Made by a program: the position numbers and the translations under genes. 64,000 bases of DNA from NCBI GenBank assembly GCA_038087875.1, contig CM075998.1, positions 5,768,001 to 5,832,000 on the forward strand, in the 5' to 3' direction. Source of the DNA: Malacoraja senta. Lineage: Eukaryota. This document shows, in pieces, positions 10,160 through 23,432 of this stretch. A model generated the notes under the pieces. It did no database searches and was not told the DNA's origin. It saw only the letters and a list, made by a program, of their open reading frames with translations. Positions within the stretch are counted from its first letter, which is position 1, and every line of letters begins with the position of its first letter.

Positions 10160-11770
10160 TCAATGGGATGGCTGAAATTGCTTCACAACCATCAGGCGAT
10201 CAAAACAAGGATGAATGGTCGACAGGCAGCACTTCATGTCAGCGTCGATCACAAGCCTATTGCGTGCCTTCGTTTTCAGAGTTACCATGGTTGAGAATCC
10301 AGCCTCACAGCGATAGGTTGAGGGGGACTGGACCAATAGGGTCAAGGCCCTCTTCAAAAGAACAGGACAGTCCTTCACTTTGAGCCAAAACCTGGTGAGC
10401 TCTTGTTCCATGAAGTCACTCTTGAGCTGCGCATCTTCACCAATTCGGTAAAATTCAACCTTCCCAGTCACGTCAGTATCGCTGATGGCACTGTCTTCAA
10501 CGGAAAAGGGTCAGATGATCCATTCATCATGAGAGCAGTTGTCCAGTCCGGGGAAGTAACGTTCAATGGCTTCACTAATTGCCAGAAGGTGGTTTGAGAT
10601 CTCCTCGTGGAAGTGGCATCCAGGTGAGTCGTCATCTCGGGGAAGATAGTCGTGTCACCATCCTGGAATCTTCTCTGGTCGAGGTTCCCCCTGAACGCTG
10701 CCACTTTGTCACGAACCGTGTGCAGCATTGGGAGGTTTCCTTGAAGTGACAGGTTCAAGGAATTCACCTCGGCGAAGAAGTCAGCTAAGTTAGCAACCTT
10801 CATCACAAACAGTTCATCCTGCATCTTGTCATGAAGCTGATTCTCCTTCTCAGTACACCCTCTCTCCAAGAACAGCGCTATTTCTTCTCGAAGTTGAATC
10901 ACACGATTGAGAACTTTACCACGTGAAACCAGAGCACTTCTGTGTGGAATATCAGAACATTGAAATCGGCACCCATTTCTTCACACATCGCTTTGAAGAT
11001 TCTTGAGTTTGTTGCGCTCCCTCGGATGTGGTTCACATCTGAAAGCACTTCTCGAAGACCAGGAGAGTCTTCATCGCTAAAGCATGGCGATGCATCATGC
11101 AGTGGGTGAAGGAGACATGGGGAGCGACATCCTTCACGAAGGTTTTGAAGCTGGATCAGCATCCGACCATGGAAGGTGCCCTATCTGTACACACCCCGAC
11201 AAGGCGTTCCCAGCCAAGCTCATGTTTGATGAGGAAGGCTTCCAGCATTCTGAACACATCTTCTCCCCGCGTGGTAGTAGCCAATGGCTCCGAAAACAGG
11301 TACTCCTCCTTCATGGCTTCTCCATTGAGGTAACGATCGTAGACTAGCAGTTGGGAACATGAGGCAACATCAGTCTGAAGAAAGGTTTCGGCCCGAAACG
11401 TTGCCTATTTCCTTCGTTCCATAGATGCTGCTGCACCCGCTAAGTTTCTCCAGCACTTTTGTCTACCTTCGATTTTCCAGCATCTGCAGTTCCTTCTTAA
11501 ACATGAGGCAACATCTGTTGACTCGTCCAGTTGCAGTGAATACACTGGACTGCTCTTCACAGCGCTCACTACATGCAGCAGAATATCATTACTCATATCC
11601 AAGATTCGAATTTTGACTGTGTCATTCGAAAGGGAAATCTGCCTGAACTTGTTTGACTGCTGTTCCCCCACACCAACTTCGCTGCTTCAAGAAGACATGG
11701 CTTGATAAGCTCTTCACCGATGCTGTGAGGTTTCTTAGTCTGTGCGATTCGATAAGCAATCGGTATGACA
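10160..11770 (-). pseudogene. Frameshifted hAT transposase, Buster/Charlie (ZBED5/SCAND3-like) type
   Basis: AYRIAQTKKPHSIGEELIKPC, LSNDTV, LQLDESTDV (first catalytic D), HTEVxW, LNLSLQG and C-terminal dimerisation region STYRCEAGFS...QPSH across several frames. Confidence 0.92.
11372..11499 (+). mobile_element. 128-bp Penelope-tail (hammerhead) insertion inside the transposase
   Basis: 16-bp direct repeat aacatgaggcaacatc at 11356-11371 and 11500-11515; removing it restores DESTDVASCSQLLV. Confidence 0.9.
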
Positions 11771-12125
11771 TCCTGAAGCCGCCGTCTCCGGTAGGAAAGT
11801 GCCAAGTCGGGACCTCCAAGTCGTGTGTGTTTGACCGTCCCGACGTCGGAGTTTGGATCATCCCCACAAGAGGGCCTGTAGATCCGTCCGTCCGTAGTGG
11901 CGACTATGGAGGGGTTATGGCCCCGACCACAGGTGAACAAAGGAGGAGGACTGGCTGAACTTTGTTGCCTTCCACCACAGTGAAGAATGCTGTGGTGCAT
12001 GTTTGTGTTAAATTTTATTGAGTATTGTGTGTTCTATTTAAGTGTATCGCTTAAAAAATCTTTTTTTTTAAAGCTGCAACAGTGATACTGATATGTCACT
12101 TTTGTGGGTACAATCTTCTTGATAA
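11771..12125 (+). mobile_element. Partial GC-rich non-autonomous element with Rex1-like tail
   Basis: ttgccttccaccacagtgaagaatgctgtggtg is the reverse complement of part of 21062-21835. Confidence 0.65.
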
Positions 12126-12669
12126 CACTGTGTATTTCCTTATTTCCCTTATTTTCTTCTCCAACCTTCCCAACAGGCCCCACACAGTCAACCTCCAGGT
12201 GAACTTTACCAGTGAGAATTGAACAGAAAGAGCAACAGTGATCCCAAACCAATTAAAAACCTGGAAGGATGTTTCATTATAGGGGCGTGATGCCTTAATG
12301 TCAGTTCAGGAACATTCTTGGACCAAATTGAGTGGGTCTTAACGAGTCTACCGCACATCTTCTGTGCTTTGAGTGTGCAGCTGGCCAGCCCACTGCTTGA
12401 CATCTACCAATGTCACTGCTGCTTATTTATTAACAGATGAACAAGTGTGGTCAAAATTCCCTTTAAAATTTCTTCCTCTTCCCTTCCCCTGTCCTTCAAG
12501 AGACACATTCCCTTTGCATAGGCCCTCCTTCGGTAACTACTGGAGAATTAAACATGCATTTTGTATTTTCATTGCTCTAAACCCACTATCTCCCACAGCC
12601 ACCTCGACTACACCTCCTCCCACCCTGTATCCTGCAAGCACGCCACCTTTTCTCTCGGTTTCTCTGCAT

Positions 12670-13300
12670 CTGTTCTCTTTTAAACTTTACCCCTCTCACC
12701 TTAAAGCTATACCCTCTTGTATTTCATTTATCCATTCTGGGAAAAAAAGTTCTGACAGTCTACCCTATCTATGCCTTTCATAATTTTAGATGCTTCTATC
12801 AGGTCTTCCTGCAAGTTCCGGCGTTCCGGACAAAACAATCCAAGTCTGTCCAACCTCTCCCTGGAGCTAATACCCCCCTAATCCAGGTATAATTCTGATA
12901 AACCTCCTCTGCACCCTCTCCAAAGCCTCCACATCCTTCCTGTAATGGGGGCGACCAGAACTGCACGCAATACTCCAAATGCGACCTAAACACAGTGCTA
13001 TAAAGTTGCATCATGACTTCCTGCCTCTTATACTCAATGACCCGATCTATGAAAGCAAGCATCCCATGTCTTCTTTACCACTCTATCTATTGTGTTGCCA
13101 CTTTCACAGAGTTATGGATTTGGACCTCAAGATCCCTCTGCAAACCAATGCTGTTAAGGGTCACGCCATTAAATGTATATTTTCCCAGGAATTAGAAAAT
13201 TCAATGTTCATGCCATTGAGTTGTTCCCCTTACATTTGACCTCCCAAAGTGCAACACTTCACACTTGTCCGTATCAAACTGCATCAGCCATTTCTCCGTC
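12670..13300 (-). mobile_element. CR1-like LINE fragment
   Basis: [38 protein letters not shown]. Confidence 0.85.
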
Positions 13301-13334
13301 CATCTCTTTAGCTGTAGACTTTGACAACCTTGAA

Positions 13335-13640
13335 CACAGTCCACGATTTGAACTACACAGACGGTTATTGTTATTATTGCACGATTATTGTTTGTCTGTT
13401 GTGTGTGTGTGTGTGTGTATGTATGTATGCGCACACACACACACACACATATATGTATACAAATATATTTTAATATATTTATGGGTATGTGTGTATATAT
13501 ACACACACACTGAACTTTTTTCTCTCGTTTATTATATTGTTCACAGTGTACTACGTTTACATATTGTGTTGTGCTGCTGCAAGTAAGATTTTCATTATTC
13601 TATCTGGGACATCTGACAATAAAACACTCATGACTCTTGA
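13335..13640 (+). mobile_element. Rex1/Babar-like 3' UTR containing (TG)n/(CA)n/(TA)n microsatellite
   Basis: Ends gacaataaaacactcatgactcttga, the same tail as the RT-bearing copy at 54968. Confidence 0.7.
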
Positions 13641-15815
13641 CCCCAGCAACCCTGTTGTTATCTGCAAACCTCGGCAATACCAGAGGGCATAGCTTTAAAC
13701 TTCGATCAACTGCCGTTGTCTGTCACTGATGAAACAAAAGCTGGAGTAACTCAGCGGGTCAGTCAGCACTTCCGGAGAACAGGAATAGGTGACATTTTCG
13801 GTCAAGACCCTTCTTCTGAAGTCCCTGTCTTAATACCCTACCTCTCACAACTGGATCCATGCGCCCATCATTCCCCCTCTCCCCCCTTCATCTGGTTCTA
13901 CCTACTGTATTACCTACCAGCCTCTGTCTCACCTCTTTACACTGGCCATTTACCCTCTCCACTCTCAGCCCTGATGCAGTGTCTTCTGCCGATACGTTGA
14001 CCATCCCTTTGCCTCCACAGTTGCTACTTGACTTGCTGAGTTCCTCCAGCAGTTTGTCATTTGCTCCAGATTCCAGCACCTGCAGTCTCTTGCATCACCA
14101 TGCATTCTTGCCCCCCTTGTTGCCGTACCTGGACCATCTTTACCACCTCAATTTACTAACAGCGAAAGATTTTCACAAATGGATACTTCTACTGCTTTCA
14201 CACAAAGGTAATGCAAAAGGGTTTTTAAATGAATGCCATGTATTTAGAGTGAAGGTAAAGATCCATGAATGAATTGATTGAACATGTTTAATACCCCGAG
14301 ATCTCCCTGAACATTCAGGTGTGCTTTTTAAGCAGCATCACAGAGTATGCATGCTTCCCATCTTTTCCTTCCAGTGGATAGTATTAGGGTTAGCCTGTAC
14401 TAAACTCTGTACACTGCTGACCTGTACTTTGTAAGGTGCTGTTTTGACTGAATTTACCTCTAGGTTTGCTATTGTCTGTGGACTTCCACAGCTTACAGTT
14501 TGCTCCTTGCAATCTTAGTTACCTGCACCATCTCTCGACCCTCTGATCCTTGCGAATTGGATATTCTTTTAATTTTGGCCTTGTGCATGGTTCCTACTTC
14601 CTTTCCTTCACTACTGGTGGTCATCCATTTTTGACATCTAAAGCCCAAAGCTCTGGAATTTCTTTCGCAAGCCTGCCTGTCACCTTCCTCTCCTTTCAAA
14701 TTCCTCTTAACCCATGCCCCTTTGCTCACCTGTCCTATTATTTCCTATGTCTGACAGTTCACTACTTTTCCAATTATATTTGTATTTATTGTTTCGGATC
14801 TACCATTACCATATGTATACAGTGTTGTCTTTGAGATGCATGTGAGCACACAATTTTATTGTACCCTGGTTCATATGACAATAAATTACCACCAATTCAG
14901 ATATTGACTGCTGCTTCAACATCTTTCCTCAAACATTAGTCTGAAGAAGGGTCTCGACCCAAAAAACGTCACCCATTGCTTCTCTCCAGAGATGCTGCCT
15001 GCCCACTGAGTTACTAGAGCATTTTGTGTCTATCTTTCCCATTACCATTTGTTTGACAGAATTGACTCTGAAAGCTGACTACTCCAAGTAAGTAGACACA
15101 AAATGCTGGAGTAACTCAGCGGGACAGGCAACATCTCTGGAGAGAAGGAATGGGTGCATTTTGTGTCTTTGATTTAAACCAGCATCTGCAGTTCTTTTCT
15201 ACTCATTTAGTCCATGTACTGTAGGTTTTAGGTTCGCATATCTTTATAAGAATAATTTTTGATAGCATCCCTTTCTAGGGATTATTCTGCCTTAAAACAA
15301 TAGAAAAATATATTGAAAAAATTGACAGGCAGATGGTTGGACAAAGGCCAGAGATGAAAAGACAAAAAGATGTGAGATTTATTTCATTTTACTCTTCTTA
15401 TTGATAGGCTGCACCCACTTAAATACCAGATGATAATATTAAAGGACCTCAATTTTTTTAGTTCTCATCAGGGCCTCTGGGTTTTCAAAGTGCTTCACAA
15501 TCGATGAAATACTTTTGAAATATTGCTTTGTTGTGGTGCAAGGTCCCACAATCGCCCGTGAGATTATGGCCCCGACCTGTCCCTGACCAACAAGTCACCC
15601 AAGCCTGCTCAATCTGTTACAACCCAGAGACCTTTTCTGGGCGTAATCTTCCCTGGGGAAGTCAGCCGGCAGCTAATGGGCAAGGTGCAGTGCAGCTTCC
15701 TCACAGGGTCTCCGATCTGCAACGTTGATTCTGTTATGCGTCCCACAGATGCAGCCTGACCTGCTGAGCATTTTCTGTTTTCGTTTCAGAAGCAGCGACA
15801 GTTTTTGTCTTTTTA

Positions 15816-16122
15816 GCTTAGTTTAGTGATACAGCGCGGAAACAGGCCCTTCGGCCCACCGAGTCCGTGCCGACCAGCGATCTCCCCTGCACACTAACAC
15901 TCTCCGACACACACTAGGGACAAATTACAATTATACCAAACCAATTAACCTACAAACCTGTATGTCTTTGGAGTGTGGGAGGAAACCAGAGCACCTGGAG
16001 AAAACCCAAGCAGATCACAGGGAGAACGTACAAACTGCGTACAGACAGCACCCACAGTTGGGATTAATCCCGGGTCTCTGATGCTGTAAGGCAGCAACTC
16101 TACCGCTGCAGCACCGTACCGC
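15816..16122 (-). mobile_element. HE1-like V-SINE
   Basis: Full head, V-domain and tail. Confidence 0.88.
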
Positions 16123-18248
16123 CCCTGTTTTCTGTTTCTGTTTAAGAAGCAGCTACAGTTTTTGTCCTTTATGGGACATTTTCAAGCATGGCTGATTGGC
16201 CCTCACCCCAAAAGTATTGTAAGAGTTGGTTAAACTCTGCCCACAGGAGATCCAGCTGTCAGTGCCGTTGAGATTGGCATTCACGAGAAGGTGTGCGGAT
16301 GATATGGGATTGATTGACCAAATAATTTTGTATTTCATGCTTTTTCACCTCCACTATTCAATGGCACCTTCAAGTGTGCTGACTAATGTAAGCAGATATC
16401 TTGTAGAATGTTGGCTGGACTCCAATCGCAATGACTTACCAAACATTTTTATATTAAATGGCCCCGTTCTTGAAACTGCAATAAATTCAAGATGCTAAGT
16501 TAAGTGTGTGTGTGCGCGCAGCACAGGCATCTCTTTCAATGGTTTAGTCGCAGTTCCTGAAAGCTGGACCTTGTCCATTACAGTCACGTGGATTTGCACT
16601 TGCAGAGGTGAGGTTGGGTGTAAACTATGCACAAACGTTATGCAGAATTGACTCAAGTTAAAACGGTGTTTGTGCTAAACAGTTATTCCTTTCAGTGTTT
16701 CCAGAAGTTATATGGTTCAGTTTAGTTTTGAGATACTGCATGGAAACAGGCCCTTCAGCCCACTGGGTCCACGCCGACCATCGAGCATCCATTCACACTA
16801 GTTCTATATAATCCCACTTTCTCACCCATTCTTTACACACTGGGGGCAAGTTAGAGGGTGAATTTACCTACGAACCTGCACGTCTTTGGGATGTAAGGGC
16901 GTCAAAGGTTACGTGGAGAAAGCAGGAGAATGGGGATGGGGAGGAAATGGTCAGCCATGATCGAATGGTAGAACAGATTCGATGGGCCGAGTGACCTAAT
17001 TCTGCTCCTATGTCTTGTGGTCTTATGTGGAAGAAAGCTGGAGCATCCGCAGGAAGACGTGCAAACTCTCAAGTAAAGGGACATCACAAAGCTCACATGC
17101 ACTTACAGTATAAGAACCAAGTAGCAGTGGCACATGCTCTTGGTATAAATGCCCCTGAGGTAATGGCATATGTGCAACCTGTTCTCTCCAATGCGCTTCC
17201 AGCTTCACCGATGGTCCGCCGGAACCCAAAGAGGAACCTCATTCTCACTTTTCATTGATTTAGAAATTGCCTGCAGGCATTTTGCATATAAACTGATAGG
17301 AGATATGTGTCTTTTGTTGTATTAGGTTTAAAAGCTGTCGACTTCTTTCACAACGTGCATCCCACCCCGGTCATTCCTATTGCTCCCGTCTCCAGTCGGG
17401 CAGATGATGCAGAAGCTTGAAAGCGCGCACCACCAGACTCAGGAACAGCATCTTGCCAGCCCCGATTTGTCCTGGCTTTTTTTTCTCTCACTTCCAGTTT
17501 TGCCCCCGATCCCCATTATAATCAGTCTGAAGAAGGGTCCTGACCCAAAACGTCACCTATTTCTTTTATCCAGAGATGCTGTCTGACCCACTGAGTTACT
17601 CGTCTCTCTTAAACCAGCATCTGCAGTTCGCACTCCAGCATTTTGTGTCTATTTTTGGTATAAACCAGCAAGCACAGTTCATTTTTATTACATTCTTCCC
17701 CTCTGTTATCAGGCTTCTGAACAGTCCTTCCACAAGCTAGGGTACTGTCTGATTCACCTCGACCCCATTGCGGTCATTGGACTGATGCGCTACAATGCTG
17801 AGAACTATATTCTGCACCCTTTGCTCTACCCATTGTATTGTACTGAGTTTGGCTTGATGATATTTATGTATAGTATTATGGGGACAGCACGGTGGCACAG
17901 CGGTAGAGTTGCTGCCTTACAGCTCCGGAGACTTGGGTTCGATCATGACTACAGGCTGCGAAGGTCCTGTTTCCGCACTGTATCTCTAAAGACTGAAGTC
18001 TAAAGTAAAGTCTATTATTTGATCTGATTGGGCATGCAAAACAAAGCTTTCCGCTGTACCTCGGTCCACGCGATAATAATAAAGCTAAAGCTAAACCTGT
18101 CCTTCCATTTCTTCCCTGGCTCTACTCCATATACTAAACACCCTGCATTTGATGCACTCAATGTGGATATCCAAATGTAAGCAGGTAGACAAAAATGCCG
18201 GAGAAACTCAGCGCGTGAGGCAGCATCCCTGGAGCGAAGGAAATAGGC

Positions 18249-18276
18249 GACGTTTCAGGTCGAGACCCTTCTTCAG
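18249..18276 (-). ncRNA. Minimal hammerhead ribozyme-like motif
   Basis: Reverse complement is CTGAAGA A GGGT ctcg ACCT GAAAC GTC (G-U closing pair). Confidence 0.55.
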
Positions 18277-18889
18277 AATGTAAGCAGCACATTTTGTGAA
18301 AGAGGGAAGGGTAATTTTCTGAGAAAAGAATGTTTGGCTGTCAGTAGTTTCTCTCTGCCTGTATCTAGCCCTTCAGTTTTCCTGTTCCCGTTTTCATATT
18401 CTGCTTGCTCTTGCTCCAGCCCCTTGACAGGTTGGACCAGGCCTATGTGACCATTATTTGTGTAAGGCAAGACAGTGATGCCAACGATATTAGGAGGTGA
18501 ACATATAATGCATTCATATGACATTCCTCTGCCCGTGGACTTTGCAGAAGTAATGCCTCTTCAAAAAGCATGCAGAGGAATGAACATATTAAATATTTGT
18601 CTGCTAATATCATCGTCATTTCAAGAATGGAGCATCGGCAGGCTTTTTGACCATGTAAGGTCACCGCTTTTAAACCCAATCCACTTCTGACCAAAAATAT
18701 ATGCCTGCTCATTTCAGATTGAATTACTGTATGGAAAGAAGTGCCTCGTTTGAATTCTCAACCACATATCACCTTATTCCACTCGGATCTGGGTGCTGAT
18801 CCCCATTCGAGTTGACTTTGGGAAGTCGTTACTTCATTTGAATGGATGGTGGACAAATTATTTTTTAATTCCCTTTTAATAAAGAACAA

Positions 18890-19320
18890 TTTGTAAGCAG
18901 TTTTGGGCTCCGTATCTGAGGAACGATGTGCTGGCATTGGAGAGGGTCCAGAGGAGGTTTACGAGGGGTGATTGGGTCAACGTCTGATGAGTGTTTGACT
19001 GTCTGAATAGTGAAAGGCCAGGAGAGAGTGGATGTGGAGAGGATGTTTCCACGAGTGGGAGAGTCCAGGACCAGAGGGCACACCCTCAGAGTTAAAGGAC
19101 GTACCTTTAGAAAGGAGATGAGGAGGAATTTGTTTGGTCAGAGAGAGGCCAAGTCATGGGGTATTTTTTGATTAGTACGCATATCAAAGGTTACGGGGAG
19201 AAGGCAGGAGAATGGGGTTGAGAGGGAGAGATACTGTATATCAGCCATGATTTAATGGTGGAGTAGACTTGATGGGCTGAATGGCCTAATTCTGCTCCTA
19301 TCACTTATGATCTAATGAAC
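18890..19320 (+). mobile_element. CR1-like LINE 3' fragment
   Basis: [27 protein letters not shown] segment followed by CR1 tail. Confidence 0.8.
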
Positions 19321-19532
19321 ATGAACAAGCTTTCTCACCGGTATCCGGACTCTTCGAGCAAAATCATTAACACAGATGATTTGCTCATCACTGCATTGTT
19401 TCTGAAAATTTGCCGTGCAGAAATTGGCCATGTTGTACCAGTGATTGTTTCAGAAAATATAATCGCTCCAGTGCACTTTGTATCATCCTGAAGTCACGGA
19501 AGTTGCTGCGGAGATGCAAATCTTTTTAAAGA

Positions 19533-19830
19533 TTAGTTTAGTTTTTATTAGTTTAGTTCAGAGATACAGCGCGGAAACAGGCCCTTTGGCCCACTGAGTC
19601 AGCGATCACCATACATCCTACACACACTAGGGACAATTTACAATTTTACTGAAGCCAATTAACTTACAGACCTGTACGTCTTTGGAGTGTGGGAGGAAAC
19701 CGGAGCACCCGGAGAAAACCCACGCAGGTCACGGGGAGAACGTACAAACTCTATACAGACAGCACCGGTAGTCAGGATCGAACCCGGGTCTCTGGCGCTG
19801 TGAGGCAGCAACTCTACCGCTGCTCCACCG
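19533..19830 (-). mobile_element. HE1-like V-SINE
   Basis: Head, V-domain and (ctaaa)n tail. Confidence 0.88.
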
Positions 19831-19864
19831 TTCTAGCTCCCGAATAATTTCAATAGATAAATCA

Positions 19865-22800
19865 ACTCTTAACCCGAATTAATGGGACGGAAAGTTCAAG
19901 AAGGGATAAGAGAGTAAGGTCAGGTGAAATAGCAACCAGTGTGAGAGGGGAGGTGAATACCGAATTAAAAGTGTTATATATGGATGCGCGAAGTATAAGA
20001 AATAAAGTGGATGAGCTTGAGGCTCAGTTATAAATTGGCAAGTATGATGTTGTGGGAATTACAGAGACATGGCTGTAAGAGGGCCAGGGCTGGGAACTGA
20101 ATATTCAAGGTTATACCTCCTATCAAAAAGACAGACAGGTGGGCAGATGGGGTGGGGTAGCTCTGTTGGTGAGGAATTAAATTCAGTCCCTTGCGAGGGG
20201 TGACATAGAATCAGGAGATATAAAGTCATTGTGGATAGAACTGAGAAATTGTAAGGGCAAAAAGACCCTATGTCCAGGCCCCCGAACAGTAGCCTGGACA
20301 TGGCGTGCAAGTTGCATCAGGAGTTAAAATTGGCATGTAACAAAGGTAATGCTACGGTGGTTATGGGAGATTTCAACTTGCAGGTAGGCTGGGAAAATCA
20401 GGTTGGTACTGGACCCCAAGAAAGGGAGTTTGCAGAGTGCTTGTACTGGACCTACCATGGAGAAGGCAGTTCTGGATTTAGTGTTATGCAATGAACCGGA
20501 TTTGATAAAGGAACTCAAGGTAAAGCAACCATTAGGAGGTAGTGACCATAATATGATGAGTTTTAATCTGCAATTTGAGAGGGAGAAGGGTAAATCGGAA
20601 GTGTCAGTATTGCAGTTAAACAAAGAGGACTATGGAGGCATGAGGGAGCAGCTGGCCAAAGTTAACTGGAAAGATACCCTAGCAGGGATGACAGTGGAAC
20701 AACAATGGCAGGTATTTCTGGGAATAATACAGAATATGCAGGATCAGTTCATTCCATAGAGGAAGAAAGATTCTAAGGGGAGTAAGGGGCGACCGTGGCT
20801 GACAAGGGAAGTCAAGGACAGTATAAAAATAAAAGAGAAGACGTATAACATAGCAAAGATGAGCAGGAAGCCAGTGGATTGGGTAACGTTTAAAGATCAA
20901 CAGAAGATTACTAAAAAGACAATAAGGGGAGAAAAGATGAAGTACGAAGGTAAGCTAGCTAAGAATATAAAGGAGGATAGTAAAAGCTTCTTTAGGTATG
21001 TGAAGATGACAAAATTAGTTAAGACAAATGTGGGTCCCTTGAAGACAAAAACAGGTGAATTTAAAGTTCAAAGTTCAAATGTATTTGTCACATGCACCAA
21101 AAGGTGCAGTGAAATGTAATTTACCATGCAGCGTTACAATTAACAAAAGGACACAATACACAACATAATTCACCACAGCATTCTTCACTGTGGTGGAAGG
21201 CAATACAGTTCAGACAGTCCTCCTCCTCCTCCTCCCTTGTTCACCCGTGGTCGGGGCCCTGTCTCTCCGTAGTCGTCGCTACAGATGGCCCGATGTCAAA
21301 GCCCCCTGGCCGGGATGGTCAGAACGGCGATGTCAGAGACAGGTCGAGCACACCCCACGGCCCGGAGCTCCCAAATCGGCCACCTCCTTACTGGAGACCG
21401 TGGCTTCCAGATGTTGTAGGCCGCAGGCCGGCGGTCAGAAAGTCCGCTCCACGCCTGCCGCCAGAAGCTCCACAGACCGCGGCTTCCAGATGTTGTAGGC
21501 CGCAGGCCAGCAGTTGGAGCGCTTCTCCAGCGACCCCCGGCAAGGGGGACCGCGATGTTACAGTCCCCGCTGCGCCGCAGCTGAAGCTCTGGGCCCGACT
21601 ACGGGAAAGGCTGCACCAAACCAGCTGTAGGGCCGCGAGGAGGGGGGGGGGGGGCGAAGAAGCGACAAGGAAGAAAGTCGCCTCTCCGTTGAGGTAGGTG
21701 CCTGAAAACAGTTCCCCCCGAACACAAGACATACAGAGAAACAATAAAACATACTTTTGGACAAACTAAAAAAAACAAAAAAAGTAAAAACAACGAACCG
21801 GCTGCAGGCGAGGCAGCCGACTCGCAGCGCCACTGGAACCTGTTATGAGGAACAAGGAAATAGCAGACGAGTTGAACAGGTACTTTGGTTCTGTCTTCAC
21901 TAAGGAAGGCACAAACAATTTCCTAGATGTACTAGGGGACAGAGGAGCTAGGGTGATGGAGGAACTGAAGGAAATTGTTATCTCACTTTTTAAGAAAGGA
22001 GGGAGAGAGAAAGCAGGGAATTATAGATCAGTTAACCTGACATCGGTGGTGGGGAAGATGCTGGAGTCGATTATTAAAGATGTAATAGCAGCGCATTTGG
22101 ATAGCAGTAACAGGATCGGTCAAAGTCAGCATGGATTTATGAAGGGGAAATCATGCTTGACTAATCTTCTGGAATCTTTTTAGGATGTAACAAGTAGAAT
22201 GGATAAGGGACAGCAAGAGGATGTGGTGTATCTGGACTTTCAGACAGCCTTTGATAAGGTCCCACAGGAGATTAGTGGGCAAAATTAGAGCACATGGTAT
22301 TGGGGGTAGGGTACTGACATGGATAGAAAATTGGTTGGCAGACAGGAAACAAAGAGTAGGGATTAACGGGTCCCTTTCAGAATGGCAGGCTATGACTAGT
22401 GGGGTACCGCAAGGCTCGGTGCTAGGACTGCAGGTATTTACAATATACATTAATGATTTAGATGAAGGAATTAAAAGTAACATTAGCAAATTTGCAGATG
22501 ACACAAGGCTGGGCGGCAGTGTGAACTGTGAAGAGGATGCTATGAGGATGCAGAGTGACTTGAACAGGTTGGGAGAGTGTGCAGATACATGGCAGATGCT
22601 GTATAATGTGGACCAATGTGAGGTTATCCACTTTGGTAGCAAGAACAAGAAGGCAGATTATTATCTGAATGGTGTCAGGTTAGGAAAAGGGGAAGTACAA
22701 CAAGACCTGGGTGTCCTTGTGCATCAGTCACTGAAAGTAAGCATGCAGGTACAGCAGGCAGTGAAGAAAGCTAATAACGAGAGGAGTTGGCCATAACGAG

Positions 22801-23432
22801 AGGAGTTGAGTATACATGTAGGAGCAAAGAGGTCCTTCTGCAGTTGTACAGGGCCCTGGTGAGACCACACCTGGAGTATTGTGTGCAGTTTTGGTCTCCT
22901 AATTTGTGGAAGGACATTCTTGCTATTGAGGGAGTGCAGCGTAGGTTCACGAGGTTAATTCCCGGGGTGGCGAGACTGTCATATGATGAAAGAATGGAGC
23001 GACTGGGCTTGTATACACTGGAGTTTAGAAGGATGAGAGGGAATCTTATAGAAACTATTATTAAGGGTTTGGACACGCTAGAGGCAGGAAACGTGTTCCC
23101 GATGTTGGGTGAGTCCAGAACCAGGGGCCACAGTTTAACCAGGGGCCACAGGGGCCATTTAGAAAGGAGATGAGAAAAAACGGTTTCACCCAGAGAGTTG
23201 TGAATTTGTGGAATTCTCTGCCTCAGAAGGCAGTGGAGGCCGATTCACTGGATGCATTCAAAATAGAGTTAGATAGAGCTCTTAGGGCTAGCGGGATCAA
23301 GAGATATGGGGAGAAAGCAGGAACGGGGTACTGATTGTGGATGATCAGCCATGATCACATTGAATGGCGGTGCTGGCTCGAAGGGCCAAATGACCTACTC
23401 CTGCACCTATTGTCTATGTATCTATGTATGTA
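19865..23432 (+). mobile_element. Long degenerate CR1-like LINE (endonuclease plus RT), interrupted at 21062-21835
   Basis: Endonuclease start LYMDARSIRNK...GITETWL, GDFN, SDHN; RT motifs QHGFMKGKSCLTNL, GVPQGSVLG, KFADDT; (ctatgtat)n tail. Confidence 0.95.
21062..21835 (-). mobile_element. GC-rich non-coding retroelement with Rex1-like 3' tail
   Basis: Splits CR1 codons TGEF|VMRNKE; minus-strand tail gtgacaaatacatt(tgaactt)n; related to 56561-57395. Confidence 0.75.

Noticed and set aside
10160..11770. Domesticated ZBED/SCAND3-type host gene
   Set aside because: Multiple frameshifts and a retro-insertion just after the catalytic Asp.
17109..17159. Possible 51-bp exon (YKNQVAVAHALGINAPE) between ttacag and gtaatg
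   Set aside because: Weak polypyrimidine tract, no recognisable protein and no partner exons.
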